Of a DNA stretch of 64,000 bases, positions 18,701 through 28,347 are shown piece by piece. The DNA comes from a virus (taxonomy: Duplodnaviria > Caudoviricetes), in IMG/VR virus record IMGVR_UViG_2209111019_000003, positions 9,039 to 73,038 of that record. One strand, written 5' to 3'. The translations under genes were made by a program, and so were the position numbers. Below the pieces are notes generated by a model that worked only from the letters and a program-made list of their open reading frames with translations, was not told where the DNA came from and searched no databases. Within the stretch, counting starts at the first letter, position 1. The number at the start of each line of letters is the position of its first letter.

Positions 18701-20435
18701 GTCGGGGGCGCTGTCGATCCTCGTACCGGTGATCAACACGGTGGTGGGGTGGATCACGGTGTTCACCAACGCGATCACCGCGTCGGTCAAGTGGATCGTC
18801 GACAAGTTCACCGAGCTGTACGACATCCTCGTCGGCCACTCGATCATCCCCGACCTCGTCAAGGCGATCATCAGTTGGTTCACGTTCCTGTGGACCGAGA
18901 GCAAGCGGATCTTCACGACGATGATGAACGGCATCGTCGCGATCTGGAAGGCGATCTGGACTGCGCTGCGCACCGCGTGGAACGGCTTCTGGTCCGGGTT
19001 GCAGGGCGCCTGGAACGCGGCCTGGTCGTGGGCGCGGAACTCCTTCAACACTCTGCGTTCGGGCCTGTCGAGCACCTGGTCTGGGTTGTGGAATGGCATC
19101 AAGTCCACGTTCACGTCGATCATCGGCACGGTCAGTTCGAAGATCAACGACTTTGCGTCCGGCACGAAGAAAGCCTTCTCCAGCCTCCGCGACAGCCTCG
19201 GCACCATCTGGAACGGCATCAAGGAAAAATTTGCCGCGCCCGTCCGCTTCACCGTCGGCACCGTCTACAACAACGGCATCCGCAAGATGTGGGACACCAT
19301 CGCGTCCAAGGTCGGGCTGCCCCAGCTCCCCTCCATCAAGTTGGGGTTCAACGCCGGTGGTGTCGTCCCTGGGGATGGCCGGCGCGACACGGTACCGGCG
19401 ATGCTCACCCCCGGCGAGCGGATTTTGTCCCTGTCGCAGGTCGCCCAGTTGGGCGGGCATCGGGCGATCGACGCGATGGTCGGCCGCTCCGACAAGCACG
19501 GCAACCACTACGGCATCGGCGGCATCGTCTCCGGCATCGGGGGCGCCGCATCCGGCGTGGTCAGCGGCGTCACCGGGGCACTGGGATCGGCCGCGGACTG
19601 GGCGAAGAACCTCGCCGTGGGCGGCCTCCAGGCTGCCGCGAAGAAGGCCATCAGCTCGGTCGTCAACCCGCTGATCAACCAGATCCCTGGGCAGGGCCCC
19701 GTCGGCGACCTGATGAAGGGCGTCCCGAAGACCATCCTCAGCGGGATCCTCGGGGTCCTCGGGAAGAAAGACAAGGACGCCACATCGTCCGGGCAGATCT
19801 CGTACAAGCCCGGCGCGGGCGTCGCCCAGTGGGCCGGCACGATCCTCAAGGCCCTATCGCTGCTCGGGCAGTCCCCGTCGTGGCTGGGCACCGTCGAACG
19901 CCGCATGAACCAGGAGAGTGGCGGCAACCCGACGGTCGTCAACCGGTGGGACTCCAACTGGACCGCCGGCACCCCGTCCGTCGGCCTCATGCAGGTCATC
20001 GGCCCCACGTTCCGCTCCCACGCCGGCCCGTTCGGGAAGACCGGGCCGTTCATGTACGGCACCAGCGTCAACCCGCTCGCCAACACGTTCGCCGGCCTCC
20101 ACTACGCCCTCGGCCGCTACCACTCGCTGTCCGCCCTCAACCGTCCCGGCGGCTACGACTCCGGCGGCCTCCTCCAGCCCGGCGCCACCATGGCCGTCAA
20201 CCGCACCGGGCGCCCGGAGCGGGTGTTGAACGCTGACCACACGGCGAAGCTCGACGCGCTCCTCACCAACAGCGGAGGCGCGGGCGTCACCATCCAGGCC
20301 GTCAACATTGGCGGGACGTTCGACTTCTCCAGCCCGGCAGACCGGCGCCGGGCGGCCAACGAACTCGTCGAGGAGATGAAGGAAGCGTTGCGGAACCTCG
20401 ACAACAGCAGGCAGAGGGGCGGGCGGCGACGGTGA
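15786..20435 (+). CDS. tape measure protein with C-terminal lytic transglycosylase domain
   Basis: 1549 aa, Ala/Gln coiled coils, Trp-periodic repeats, QESGGNP...GLMQV motif. Confidence 0.95.
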   Translation: MAGAFRIAEGYVEVTADREAYDRTIERLKSERNTVKVGVQVDDRDAMARLDRLARDRLATVKIRVDDAALSRLKLNNLDVKVNPTIPEAALRRVQGQLDKLTADRVVRIRADVDTRVGAAEIRNLIQRRTARIGVDVDTRVAAADLANLTRTRTVNINANARTADARLQLDRLARDRHVNLDVGLGGAGGASGGIGALSSSMSKLVAAAVGAAPTLASLGESLIQMGPAAAVAVPAVLGLATAFAAIKIGTAGISDAFKAAFQPAVKGAAGALSGAKAVESAERSLAKAVQAEKDAEVNAAAARVQAARAVGDAQQNLKNTYRDVADANHQAAESLAAAERDLTNAQRAAKQAQQDLTQARKDAAMSLEDLNNSLTDSQLSQKQDTLNLQDAEAKLAADRAAGLDTSSEQYQKDELARDQAAQALKEQTTQTQRLSDQAADANKKGVEGSDQVAAAKQGVADANQTVLDSEQNLADAQAAATKAQTDGLQQIAKAQRDLADAQAAQVKAATDGARQIADAQQAVVDAANAVGEAQQSAALKTGGLADAMAKLSPNARSFVAAVVALRGAWTALRLDVQDRLFQGLAGTLTGMASAALPSLRVGLVGTAGVLNTMAKNAASAVTNLAKTGMLRRLFDGITAGLKPLSRIPGQFITALTQIGVAAAPAFKRLTTAVGGEADKIAKRLSDAFKSGALTDKINGAITIAKQFGHLLADIFGTVGNVMKAASAGGGDALGLLGQLFAMLRKVTAMPAVQKALTSIFSAINMIAKLLAGTLGKALGQLIIGLAPVADAITAVLAHLGNVGPLIGGIIAAFNPFLGILVLIAPLIGQLAKPLVGLVKSVAPLLNILSSFASGLFTALAPIIGALIDVLSGVLQAVAPVLAKIAPVILNVVKAMAGPLAQVIRALIPAIGPLLGILTAMDLAMLPLAPQLMKLIPPIAQLTVALLNLTVQVLTPLLPLITGLAFLLSTVLSGALSILVPVINTVVGWITVFTNAITASVKWIVDKFTELYDILVGHSIIPDLVKAIISWFTFLWTESKRIFTTMMNGIVAIWKAIWTALRTAWNGFWSGLQGAWNAAWSWARNSFNTLRSGLSSTWSGLWNGIKSTFTSIIGTVSSKINDFASGTKKAFSSLRDSLGTIWNGIKEKFAAPVRFTVGTVYNNGIRKMWDTIASKVGLPQLPSIKLGFNAGGVVPGDGRRDTVPAMLTPGERILSLSQVAQLGGHRAIDAMVGRSDKHGNHYGIGGIVSGIGGAASGVVSGVTGALGSAADWAKNLAVGGLQAAAKKAISSVVNPLINQIPGQGPVGDLMKGVPKTILSGILGVLGKKDKDATSSGQISYKPGAGVAQWAGTILKALSLLGQSPSWLGTVERRMNQESGGNPTVVNRWDSNWTAGTPSVGLMQVIGPTFRSHAGPFGKTGPFMYGTSVNPLANTFAGLHYALGRYHSLSALNRPGGYDSGGLLQPGATMAVNRTGRPERVLNADHTAKLDALLTNSGGAGVTIQAVNIGGTFDFSSPADRRRAANELVEEMKEALRNLDNSRQRGGRRR

Positions 20436-21634
20436 GCTTCAACTGGGGCAGTGTCCAACTCGGCCGGAACCTCCTGCGAGAGACGTTCGACGTCAACGAG
20501 CAGGGCGGGGACCGCACCCTCGACTTCGACGGGCAGGAGTCGAACCCGCCGCTGACCCGGGCCGTGCTGACGGCGACTCACGACAACATCAACGCCATGG
20601 AGGCCGACAGTCCTGTCGCGGTCACGTGGACGGACAAGCCGGAGCGGAACGGCTTCTACCAGGTCAAGGCGAACTCCTCGACGCTGACGGAGTACAAGAA
20701 CGACACCGTCACCGCGGACTGGAAGGTCACCTTGTCGCGGCTGGGGGCGGTCGGCGAGGTCGACATCCAGTCCCGCCTGACGGGCGTGGTTCGCCTGAAC
20801 GACTTCTCCCTCACGGGGGAGCGCTGGCATGCCCCGGCGATCGGGCACTTCGGCTACTACACCGGGGCGACGAGCCCGTCCACGATGACGCGGGCCACCA
20901 GCGACGGCACGATCACCGTGTACCGCAGCGTGCCGGCCGGAGCGTCCCCGCGGTGGGGCTGTGATCCGCTGACCTACCTCAAGGGCCGCGTGCGGGTCGC
21001 GGACACCGTGGCGGGTCTGGAGGTCGATGGGACGGAGCGGTCCCTGCCTGCGGCTGGTTGGGCGCTGTCGAACGGTCTGGTCAACGTCGTCCCGACGGCA
21101 TCTGGTGGCGTCATCGACGTGCAGGCGTACACCGGCGGGGCGTGGCACTCGAAGCTGTGGAACGTCACGGTCGCCGGGTCGGGTGTCGCCGCCTGGGACT
21201 CCGCGTCGATTCTCCGTAACGACCTGGAGCACGCCATCCTGCGCCTGTCCGCGTCCCGCTCGCCGGGTCGGGTGACGCTGGATCTGGCGCTGCGGCGCGG
21301 GGCGCGCACGGTGGAGGGCTACCTGCAGTCCGGATCGAGTGCGACGTTGGCCGTGTACCTGCGGACCCTGGAGACCAACACGAGCGCCGCGGCCTCCGGG
21401 TACGTGACCGCTACCGGCAACGACGCGGACGGCAACCGGTTCGCCGCCGGATCCGCCCGATCCTTTACGGCGCACACCAACGGCGGGGTGAGCAAGGCAT
21501 CGGCGACGGCCCTGGACTTCTGGCTGGGCGTTGTGGCCGGCGGAGGCAGCCCAGCATCGGGGGACGCGGCCACTGACCTGCGCAACATGTATATCGGCAG
21601 TCTGGCCGAAGCGACGTATGCGGTGAGGCGATGA
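20432..21634 (+). CDS. minor tail protein (distal tail-like)
   Basis: directly follows tape measure gene, GTGA overlap. Confidence 0.75.
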   Translation: MSFNWGSVQLGRNLLRETFDVNEQGGDRTLDFDGQESNPPLTRAVLTATHDNINAMEADSPVAVTWTDKPERNGFYQVKANSSTLTEYKNDTVTADWKVTLSRLGAVGEVDIQSRLTGVVRLNDFSLTGERWHAPAIGHFGYYTGATSPSTMTRATSDGTITVYRSVPAGASPRWGCDPLTYLKGRVRVADTVAGLEVDGTERSLPAAGWALSNGLVNVVPTASGGVIDVQAYTGGAWHSKLWNVTVAGSGVAAWDSASILRNDLEHAILRLSASRSPGRVTLDLALRRGARTVEGYLQSGSSATLAVYLRTLETNTSAAASGYVTATGNDADGNRFAAGSARSFTAHTNGGVSKASATALDFWLGVVAGGGSPASGDAATDLRNMYIGSLAEATYAVRR

Positions 21635-24435
21635 CGGTTCAGGAGACCCTCAACGCGCTCGGCCAGTGGGAGATCGACCTGCTGCCGACGATCCCCCGCG
21701 AGAAGCTCGACGCCCTCCAGTTCTTCGGGCACGTGGCGATCGTCCACGGCCGTGTTGACCCGGCCGTGTACGGCGACAGCCTCCTCGCCCCGGGCGTGGC
21801 CCGCTACGTCGGTGTCCTGCGCACGAACTCCCTGTCGGACGACGCCCGCACGAAGATCCCCAACGACAACGTCAAAATCGGCGGCGTCGGCATGGCGATG
21901 TGGCTCGGCGACCAGGACAACAAGGGCTCGATCATCGAGAACGCCACGACGTTCGCGACGGGCAGCCTCTTCCCCAACGTCATTCGCGGCCTGCTGCCCG
22001 CCTCCGGGGCGGTCACCGAGGGCACCTTCTATTCGGTGCCGGGCACGTACTCGGGCACGCACCAGTGGCAGTCGCCGCTGCAGGCCATCCAGTACGTGTG
22101 CGACACGATGTCCACCCCATCGGCCCCGGTGGGGTGGCGCGTCAACAACAACGGCACCCTCGACGCCGGCCCCGAGGCGAACCTGTACGTCACGACGCCG
22201 CAGGCCACGATCGTCGCCCGGGGCGACGGCCAGGACATGTCGATGCTCGGCATCCCGGGCAATATGGATCTCGATGCGGATGTGGAGGACTACACGACAC
22301 GGGTGGTGCTCCTCGCGCAGGGCGACGGGGCGTCGATCGCCACCGGATCCGCGGATCTCGCGCCGGGCTCCAACCCGTACAAGGATCTGCACGGCAACGC
22401 CGTGAAGCTCACCCGCCTCGTCAGCGAGTCGGACACCACGGCGCCCAATGCGCCGGCCCGGGCGGCTCTGGCTCTGGGCCAGTACACGACGCCGAAGCAG
22501 GATCTGCGACTCAGCATCCAGGACTACGACGTCGAGGGCACGTTCAGCGTCGGGGACTACATCTACGCCTACGACCCGGACAAGGATCTCGTCGACACCA
22601 GCGTGGAGCTGGTCTTCCGCGGTCAGCGCCTGAATCCGATCAAACTGCAGGTCACGGAGATTCAGTGGGCGGTCACCGCGGACTACACGGTCGCGTACCG
22701 GGCCGCGGACGGCACGTGGACGGACATCACCGACCACATTGAGATTAACGACGCCGGGACCTACGTCACCGTCGGCGGTTTCGCCCGTCCCCTCGTCGGG
22801 GGCGGCGAGCCAGTCGGGTCCCGCCCGAACCAGGACACGTCGGTGCCTGGCGTGCCGCATCTGGTGACGCCGTTCCTGGGCGCCGCCTACCTGGACAGCC
22901 GGGGCTTCACGCGGGCGCGGGTTGCGGTGACGTGGAACGCCCCGCTGAACGTGGACGGCAGCACGATCCGCGACGGCGATCACTACGAGATCCGGTACGC
23001 AGTCGACACGGATCTGATCTACCCGGCGACCTGGAGCCAGGTCTCCCAGATCCGCTGGGAGGACATGCAGATCTGGGCACAGCCCTTCGCCGCGCCGACG
23101 GGGCAGTGGCAGACGATGGTCGTCGGCTGGGACCAGACGTCCGCCCAGCTGCAGGACTTGTCGCCGGGCATCGGCTATGACGTGCAGATCCGGGCCGTCG
23201 ACTCGGTGGGGAACACGGGGGCGTGGAGCGCGACGACGACGTTCGTGGCGACGTCCGACAACATTCCGCCCTCCACGCCGGCCGCGCCCACTGTGGCCGC
23301 CAGCCGGATTGCGGTGCAGGTCACGCACACGCTGGGCGTGGCCAGCGGCGGCACGTTCAACCTGGAATCCGATCTGGATCATCTGGAGATTCACGCCCAG
23401 TACGAGCCGTCGTTCACCCCCACGGACGCGACGCTGCTGGGGAAGCTGAAGGCCAACGCTGGCATGATCCAGGCGGAGATCCCCGCGGTCGGCACCTACC
23501 AGGTGGACTCGACGGTCGCCGTGTACGTGCGGGTTGTGGCGGTGGACATCTCCGGGAACCGCTCCGGCCCTAGCGATGCGGCGTCGGCGACGGCGCTGCT
23601 GATCGACGACGCGCACATCTCCGACCTGACCGTCTCCAAGGTCACCGCCGGCACCATCCAGGCCAGTTGGGTGATGGCCGGGGAGATCAAGACCGCCGAC
23701 ACCGGGGCCCGAGCCCGCCTGTCCTCCGCAGGCATCGAACTCTACGACGCAGCAGGCACCAGGACTCTCTACGGGAACGCCGCCGACGGCTCGGTCACCA
23801 TGGTGGGAGAGCTCCGCAGCACCCTCTCAAGCGGCTCCGCGATGGTCGTCAATCCGGCTGGCGCACCAAATCCCGAGATGCGCTTCTACTCTGCCGATGG
23901 CTCTGCCTACGCACGCATTTTCAGCAACGACCAGGCGATCACTCCAGGCCCAGACGCGGCGATCGTCATAAGGTCCAGCCCCGACGGATCGAACGTTGCC
24001 GGAATGATGTACACCCGAACTGTTGGCGTGCGCGTTGGCATGACGAAGTTTTCCAACGGCTACTACAACGCTGGCGGATACCTCGATACGAGCAGTACGC
24101 ACGGTGAGGTCGGCTGCCAGGACGAACTTGGCGGCACTCTCTATTCGAAGTTTGAGGCGACAACGTCCGGGGCGAGAATCGCAGGCACGATGCGCGGCCC
24201 GTCGGGCAGCGACGACGCGATCGTGATGGGCGAGTCGGGATCGAACTCGGCGACGGTGTTCATCACGAGCTACGGGGTGACTCTTCCGTCGAATCCTCAC
24301 ATCGTGGCGACTATCAATTCGGTGTCGAGTTCGGGTGGCAGTTGGATCTCTGCTAGGGCCACCAGCAATTTTACGATGACGCGCGAACTGAACACGGGTT
24401 CGTGCACGGTCTCCTTCTGGGCGTGGATGCAATGA
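21631..24435 (+). CDS. minor tail / central fibre protein with FnIII-like domains
   Basis: LSPGIGYDVQIRAVD and YVRVVAVDISGNRS FnIII signatures. Confidence 0.8.
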   Translation: MTVQETLNALGQWEIDLLPTIPREKLDALQFFGHVAIVHGRVDPAVYGDSLLAPGVARYVGVLRTNSLSDDARTKIPNDNVKIGGVGMAMWLGDQDNKGSIIENATTFATGSLFPNVIRGLLPASGAVTEGTFYSVPGTYSGTHQWQSPLQAIQYVCDTMSTPSAPVGWRVNNNGTLDAGPEANLYVTTPQATIVARGDGQDMSMLGIPGNMDLDADVEDYTTRVVLLAQGDGASIATGSADLAPGSNPYKDLHGNAVKLTRLVSESDTTAPNAPARAALALGQYTTPKQDLRLSIQDYDVEGTFSVGDYIYAYDPDKDLVDTSVELVFRGQRLNPIKLQVTEIQWAVTADYTVAYRAADGTWTDITDHIEINDAGTYVTVGGFARPLVGGGEPVGSRPNQDTSVPGVPHLVTPFLGAAYLDSRGFTRARVAVTWNAPLNVDGSTIRDGDHYEIRYAVDTDLIYPATWSQVSQIRWEDMQIWAQPFAAPTGQWQTMVVGWDQTSAQLQDLSPGIGYDVQIRAVDSVGNTGAWSATTTFVATSDNIPPSTPAAPTVAASRIAVQVTHTLGVASGGTFNLESDLDHLEIHAQYEPSFTPTDATLLGKLKANAGMIQAEIPAVGTYQVDSTVAVYVRVVAVDISGNRSGPSDAASATALLIDDAHISDLTVSKVTAGTIQASWVMAGEIKTADTGARARLSSAGIELYDAAGTRTLYGNAADGSVTMVGELRSTLSSGSAMVVNPAGAPNPEMRFYSADGSAYARIFSNDQAITPGPDAAIVIRSSPDGSNVAGMMYTRTVGVRVGMTKFSNGYYNAGGYLDTSSTHGEVGCQDELGGTLYSKFEATTSGARIAGTMRGPSGSDDAIVMGESGSNSATVFITSYGVTLPSNPHIVATINSVSSSGGSWISARATSNFTMTRELNTGSCTVSFWAWMQ

Positions 24436-24986
24436 ACGAATACGTGATCAAGTCGGTTGGGTTCGACGGCCGCAACTGGGTCGTCAACTACGACGCGCCT
24501 GACGGAACCCCGTGGGCCCACAGTTTCCCCGTGGGGAATCTGGAAACCCTGATGGCCGAGTATGGGCTCGATGACCCGGCGGAGGCCCTGGACGTGCTCC
24601 TCCACGACCCGCACGCCTGGGCGTGGATCGGCACCCTTGACCCGCGCGACGACCCTGCGGCAGTCGCCGGCTGGGTCACCACGGACCTGCCAGATGCGGA
24701 GCCCGTCACCCTGTTCAACGCCCGCTCCACCACCGATGCGAGGGGCGCGCATCGGGCGCGCATTGCGGCCGTGAAGGAAGCCGGGGCGACTGCCGTAGTC
24801 GACCCCGACGGGCTCCTCGCCGAGGTGCTGTCCATGCCGCTTGACGACGCCAAGCAGCGCGACCACGCCGAGCAGGTCGACGTCTACCGCTGGCAGCTGG
24901 TGTACGGGGGGCTGCCCGACCAGACCCCGCCGCTACCCCTCGACGCCGACCCCGGTATCCCGCTGATTTCGACCTTGAGAGGCTGA
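24432..24986 (+). CDS. hypothetical tail-region protein
   Basis: ATGA-coupled ORF. Confidence 0.65.
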   Translation: MNEYVIKSVGFDGRNWVVNYDAPDGTPWAHSFPVGNLETLMAEYGLDDPAEALDVLLHDPHAWAWIGTLDPRDDPAAVAGWVTTDLPDAEPVTLFNARSTTDARGAHRARIAAVKEAGATAVVDPDGLLAEVLSMPLDDAKQRDHAEQVDVYRWQLVYGGLPDQTPPLPLDADPGIPLISTLRG

Positions 24987-24988
24987 CC

Positions 24989-25960
24989 ATGCCCGATCCG
25001 TCTACCACGCGCCTTGCGCTGTACAAGTCCAAGTCGGACGGCTCCGAGCTGGTCTCTTACACGCAGGACATCGGCCAGAACTGGGACAAGGTCGACACGG
25101 CTGTCGGCTTCCAGGTCGTGACGTCGTCGACACGGCCATCGGCCCCGTACCCGGGCAAGCCGATCATGCAGTCCGACACGGCCTACTCCACCTACGTGTC
25201 CAACGGCACCAGCCCGGCGTCCGGATCCTGGGTGGAGATCCCCAACAGCTCGGCCGTGTATGGCGGCCGGTTCATCAGCCTGTTCCAGGGCTCCACTGTC
25301 GCGTCGTCCCTGATGCGCCTCGCCCAGACCGGCAGCGCATCCGGGTCCCGGGCCTTCGCCACCCGCGGCGCCACAGACACTTCCGACCACTTCTTCTTCG
25401 ACTTCGATGGCCGCATGCAATGGTCCGGCGGCGGCGCATCAGCTGGCGACACCAACCTCTACCGGGCGAGTGCGAACGTCCTCAAGACCGACGACGCCTT
25501 CCAGGCGGCATCGGTCGCGGGCAACAACGTTCCGTCGACCATCTTCAAGTCCGCGCTCACCGCCAGGGCCAGCAGCACAACCATCTCGAACGACCCCGAC
25601 TTCATCACCACGCTAGGCGTCGGCACGTACACCTTCGAAGCCCTCTGCAAGATCACCGGTAGCGGCAACTTCAAGGCCCAGTTCGCCTACTCGGGCACCT
25701 TCGGCACCGGCGTCTACCAGGGCATCGGCTCCGACGTCTCCGGCGCGGCCGTGCTCTACAACAACGGAGGAACGATCAGTGCAGGCTCGCCCCCAGTTTG
25801 GATGACCAACGGGGGCATCTTCCAGGCCGTCATGTTCGCGGGTTCCATCGTCACCACGGCCGGCGGCAGCTTGTCGCTCCAGTGGGCACAAGGCACGTCC
25901 AACGCCACGGCAGCCAACCTCCGGGAAGGCTCCTGGTTCCGGGTAACGCAGATCGCATAG
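24989..25960 (+). CDS. minor tail / fibre protein
   Basis: Ser/Thr/Gly-rich; GDTNLYRASANVLKTDD motif; beta-rich C-terminus. Confidence 0.75.
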   Translation: MPDPSTTRLALYKSKSDGSELVSYTQDIGQNWDKVDTAVGFQVVTSSTRPSAPYPGKPIMQSDTAYSTYVSNGTSPASGSWVEIPNSSAVYGGRFISLFQGSTVASSLMRLAQTGSASGSRAFATRGATDTSDHFFFDFDGRMQWSGGGASAGDTNLYRASANVLKTDDAFQAASVAGNNVPSTIFKSALTARASSTTISNDPDFITTLGVGTYTFEALCKITGSGNFKAQFAYSGTFGTGVYQGIGSDVSGAAVLYNNGGTISAGSPPVWMTNGGIFQAVMFAGSIVTTAGGSLSLQWAQGTSNATAANLREGSWFRVTQIA

Positions 25961-25967
25961 GAGACCA

Positions 25968-26204
25968 ATGATCTACAAGATTGCCGTCCACAACGTCGAA
26001 GACCCCAACGTGTCCTCCTTCACCGTGGCCACGGTGGAGATCTCAGACGGTGGCAGCGGATCGTCCCAGCTCCCGTTCCCGACCCCGGAGCAGGTCTACG
26101 CGATCGCCGACTCGGCGGCGTCGATCCTGCAGACGGAGCAGTGGCCCCTCGCGGTGACAGTCACGCAGACCAATGCGGACACTGAGGTTCCGCGCCCCGC
26201 CTAG
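25968..26204 (+). CDS. small hypothetical protein
   Basis: AGGAG RBS; last gene of tail operon. Confidence 0.6.
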   Translation: MIYKIAVHNVEDPNVSSFTVATVEISDGGSGSSQLPFPTPEQVYAIADSAASILQTEQWPLAVTVTQTNADTEVPRPA

Positions 26205-26437
26205 CCCTTGATGGGCGGCGGCTCGTCCCCGGCCGGCGCCATCGGCCGGGGGCGCGGCGGCGCCCCTTCGAGTTCGCGGACTCTGGCTTCCAGGTGCTCG
26301 ATGTACCGCTGCTGCTCCTGGATCTTCGCGTCACGCATCAGGACGTCCTCGAACAGCCCCGTGGCGCGGGACCGTGCGACGAGCGCGACCGCTTCGTGGC
26401 TGACGGTGTTCGGGTCGGGCGTGGCGGGCGTGGTCAT
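26201..26437 (-). CDS. hypothetical coiled-coil protein
   Basis: AGGAG RBS, coupled to upstream glycosyltransferase. Confidence 0.6.
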   Translation of the reverse strand: MTTPATPDPNTVSHEAVALVARSRATGLFEDVLMRDAKIQEQQRYIEHLEARVRELEGAPPRPRPMAPAGDEPPPIKG

Positions 26438-27072
26438 GTGGTGACTCCTGTCGGGAGGGCGGCATCACCCCGGCCGGGGATGCCGCTGCTATTCAAACCG
26501 TGGTGGCTCCACGACCAGGTGCGCCTCGGAATGTGCATGATGCGGGCCCCGGCCTGGGCGCAACCGACGGTGAACTGAAAGTCCTCGCCGAAGTGCTGCC
26601 CATCGATGAGCGCCCTGTCAGGGACGTCCTGGAAGCCCACAGCCTTGGCGAGGTCGGTGCGGACGAGCGTGGTGATCGTCGTCTGGTGCGGGGCCGCGTT
26701 GTTGAAGGGCTTCCCGAAGTGCCCGAGGGGGTCGTTGCCGGGCCACGGGCGGCCTGCCGCGTCGTGGACCATGTAGTAGGAGTAGACGTACTGGGCCCGG
26801 TAGATGTGCGCTCCGGCGGCGAGGACCCGCAGGTGCTCGGGGTAGAACCAGTCGTCGCTGTCGAGGAACGCCACCCATTCGGTGCGCACGGCGTCCAGGG
26901 CGCGCTGCCGGGTGACGGCGGCGCCGGCCCCGGCGTAGTCCACGGCGACGCTGATGTCCGCCGCAGGGTGCAGCTGGGCTTCCACGCTGGCCGCGGCCCG
27001 GTCAAGCATGCCGTTCGCCACCCGCGCCGGATGAGCGGGAATGCAGACGGTGATGTCGAGGTGCTGGGTCAT
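26434..27072 (-). CDS. glycosyltransferase family 2
   Basis: ITVCIPAH, WVAFLDSDD (DxD), GEDFQF. Confidence 0.9.
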   Translation of the reverse strand: MTQHLDITVCIPAHPARVANGMLDRAAASVEAQLHPAADISVAVDYAGAGAAVTRQRALDAVRTEWVAFLDSDDWFYPEHLRVLAAGAHIYRAQYVYSYYMVHDAAGRPWPGNDPLGHFGKPFNNAAPHQTTITTLVRTDLAKAVGFQDVPDRALIDGQHFGEDFQFTVGCAQAGARIMHIPRRTWSWSHHGLNSSGIPGRGDAALPTGVTT

Positions 27073-27260
27073 CTGTCAGCCGCCTCCTGCCAGGAGGTGT
27101 AGTCGTGGAGCTTGGCGGTCGCTTCCAGGCAGACCATCGCCGCTGCAAAGTGGGCCTGGGCCACGGCGACGCGCGCCATGGCCTTGCTGTCGTAGTTGAC
27201 GTTCACGTCCACGCAGGCCAGTTCCCGCTTGCCCGCCTTCAGGTGCTCCGGGCCGGTCAT
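27069..27260 (-). CDS. small hypothetical protein
   Basis: overlaps both neighbours by 4 nt. Confidence 0.6.
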   Translation of the reverse strand: MTGPEHLKAGKRELACVDVNVNYDSKAMARVAVAQAHFAAAMVCLEATAKLHDYTSWQEAADR

Positions 27261-28150
27261 TCCGCCACCGCCTTGAGGGCCCGCTGGATGCCCTCGTCGA
27301 GGCCGACGCGGGGTTCGTAGAAGCCGAGCATCCGCTGGTTGTCGCACACCCGGTGGTGGACGCCCTGTGGGGCCGCCGGCAGGTGCTTGATCTGCGGCGA
27401 GTACCCGGCGGCATCGGTCACGTAGGACGCGAGGTCGTTGAACGTCGTGGCCCGCCCCCAGCCGAGGTTGACCGGGCCCGTGACGCCCTGCTCCAGCCCG
27501 GCGAAGACGGCGCCGACCAGGTCGTCGATGTGGATCCAGTCGCGGGTGGACCGTCCGTCGCCCCAGATCTCGAACGGATCCTCCCTGCGGGCGGCCCGGC
27601 CGATGAACGCCGGGAACGGGTAGCAGTCGTCCTGGTCCTCGCCGTAGCCACTGAAGGGGCGCGGGATCAGTAGGCGGCAGCCCTCCGCGTCCGCATACCG
27701 GGCCAACTGCTCCCCGGTGAGCTTCGCCAGCCCGTAGGTGGCGTCCGCGGGCCGCAGGTTGTCGAGGTCGATGTCCGACTCGCGGAGCCGGCGGATCGGC
27801 CCGGGCTGCTGGAGCTCCACCGGGTAGGCGGCGCTGCTGGAGAAGTAGACGGCGCGCGGGGTTTTCGACTTGACGAGCCACCGCATGTACCAGGCGTCCA
27901 ACGCCAGGTTCGTGGCCACGGCAAGGGGGCTGCCGTCGATGGCGGCCCGGCCGCCGATGTTCGCCGCACAGTGGATCGCCAGGTCGTTGCGCTGCTCCGC
28001 GTACTGGAAGAACGTCAACGCGTCCATGCGCTTGACGCCGGGGGCTTCGCGCAGGTCGATGGCGATCACGTCGTCGCCCCGGTCCAGGAGCGCCCGGTGC
28101 AGGTGGCGGCCCACGAACCCGGCAGCGCCGCTCAGGAGGACTTTCATCAC
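27257..28150 (-). CDS. NAD-dependent sugar epimerase/dehydratase
   Basis: SGAAGFVG Rossmann motif, SSSAAY, YGLAK, RDWIHIDD. Confidence 0.93.
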   Translation of the reverse strand: MMKVLLSGAAGFVGRHLHRALLDRGDDVIAIDLREAPGVKRMDALTFFQYAEQRNDLAIHCAANIGGRAAIDGSPLAVATNLALDAWYMRWLVKSKTPRAVYFSSSAAYPVELQQPGPIRRLRESDIDLDNLRPADATYGLAKLTGEQLARYADAEGCRLLIPRPFSGYGEDQDDCYPFPAFIGRAARREDPFEIWGDGRSTRDWIHIDDLVGAVFAGLEQGVTGPVNLGWGRATTFNDLASYVTDAAGYSPQIKHLPAAPQGVHHRVCDNQRMLGFYEPRVGLDEGIQRALKAVAE

Positions 28151-28347
28151 TGCCCCCAGTAGGCGTTGAAGTCGACCACGTAGAGGCCGCCGTTCTCCTC
28201 GGACCAGCAGACTGTCAGGTCAGCCCCAAGGGAGGTCGTCAGCTTCATCGGCTCCCAGCGGAAGCCCGTCCTGCGGGCCTGCTCGGTGAGGACTTCGAGC
28301 ACGTGCGACAGTTCCGCCGCCTCGTCGTCGGTCATGTAGGCGGTCAT
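28147..28347 (-). CDS. small hypothetical protein
   Basis: 4-nt overlaps with both neighbours. Confidence 0.6.
   Translation of the reverse strand: MTAYMTDDEAAELSHVLEVLTEQARRTGFRWEPMKLTTSLGADLTVCWSEENGGLYVVDFNAYWGQ

Noticed and set aside
16600-19250. Repetitive tape-measure sequence
   Set aside because: Normal coiled-coil and Trp-periodic tape-measure repeats.
17442-19508. Long antisense ORFs (also 21319-23616, 7358-8782, 10667-12187, 36944-38854)
   Set aside because: Shadow frames of high-GC genes with no recognisable motifs.
21631-25960. Diversity-generating retroelement or invertible tail-fibre cassette
   Set aside because: No reverse transcriptase, template/variable repeat pair or inverted crossover repeats seen near the tail genes.
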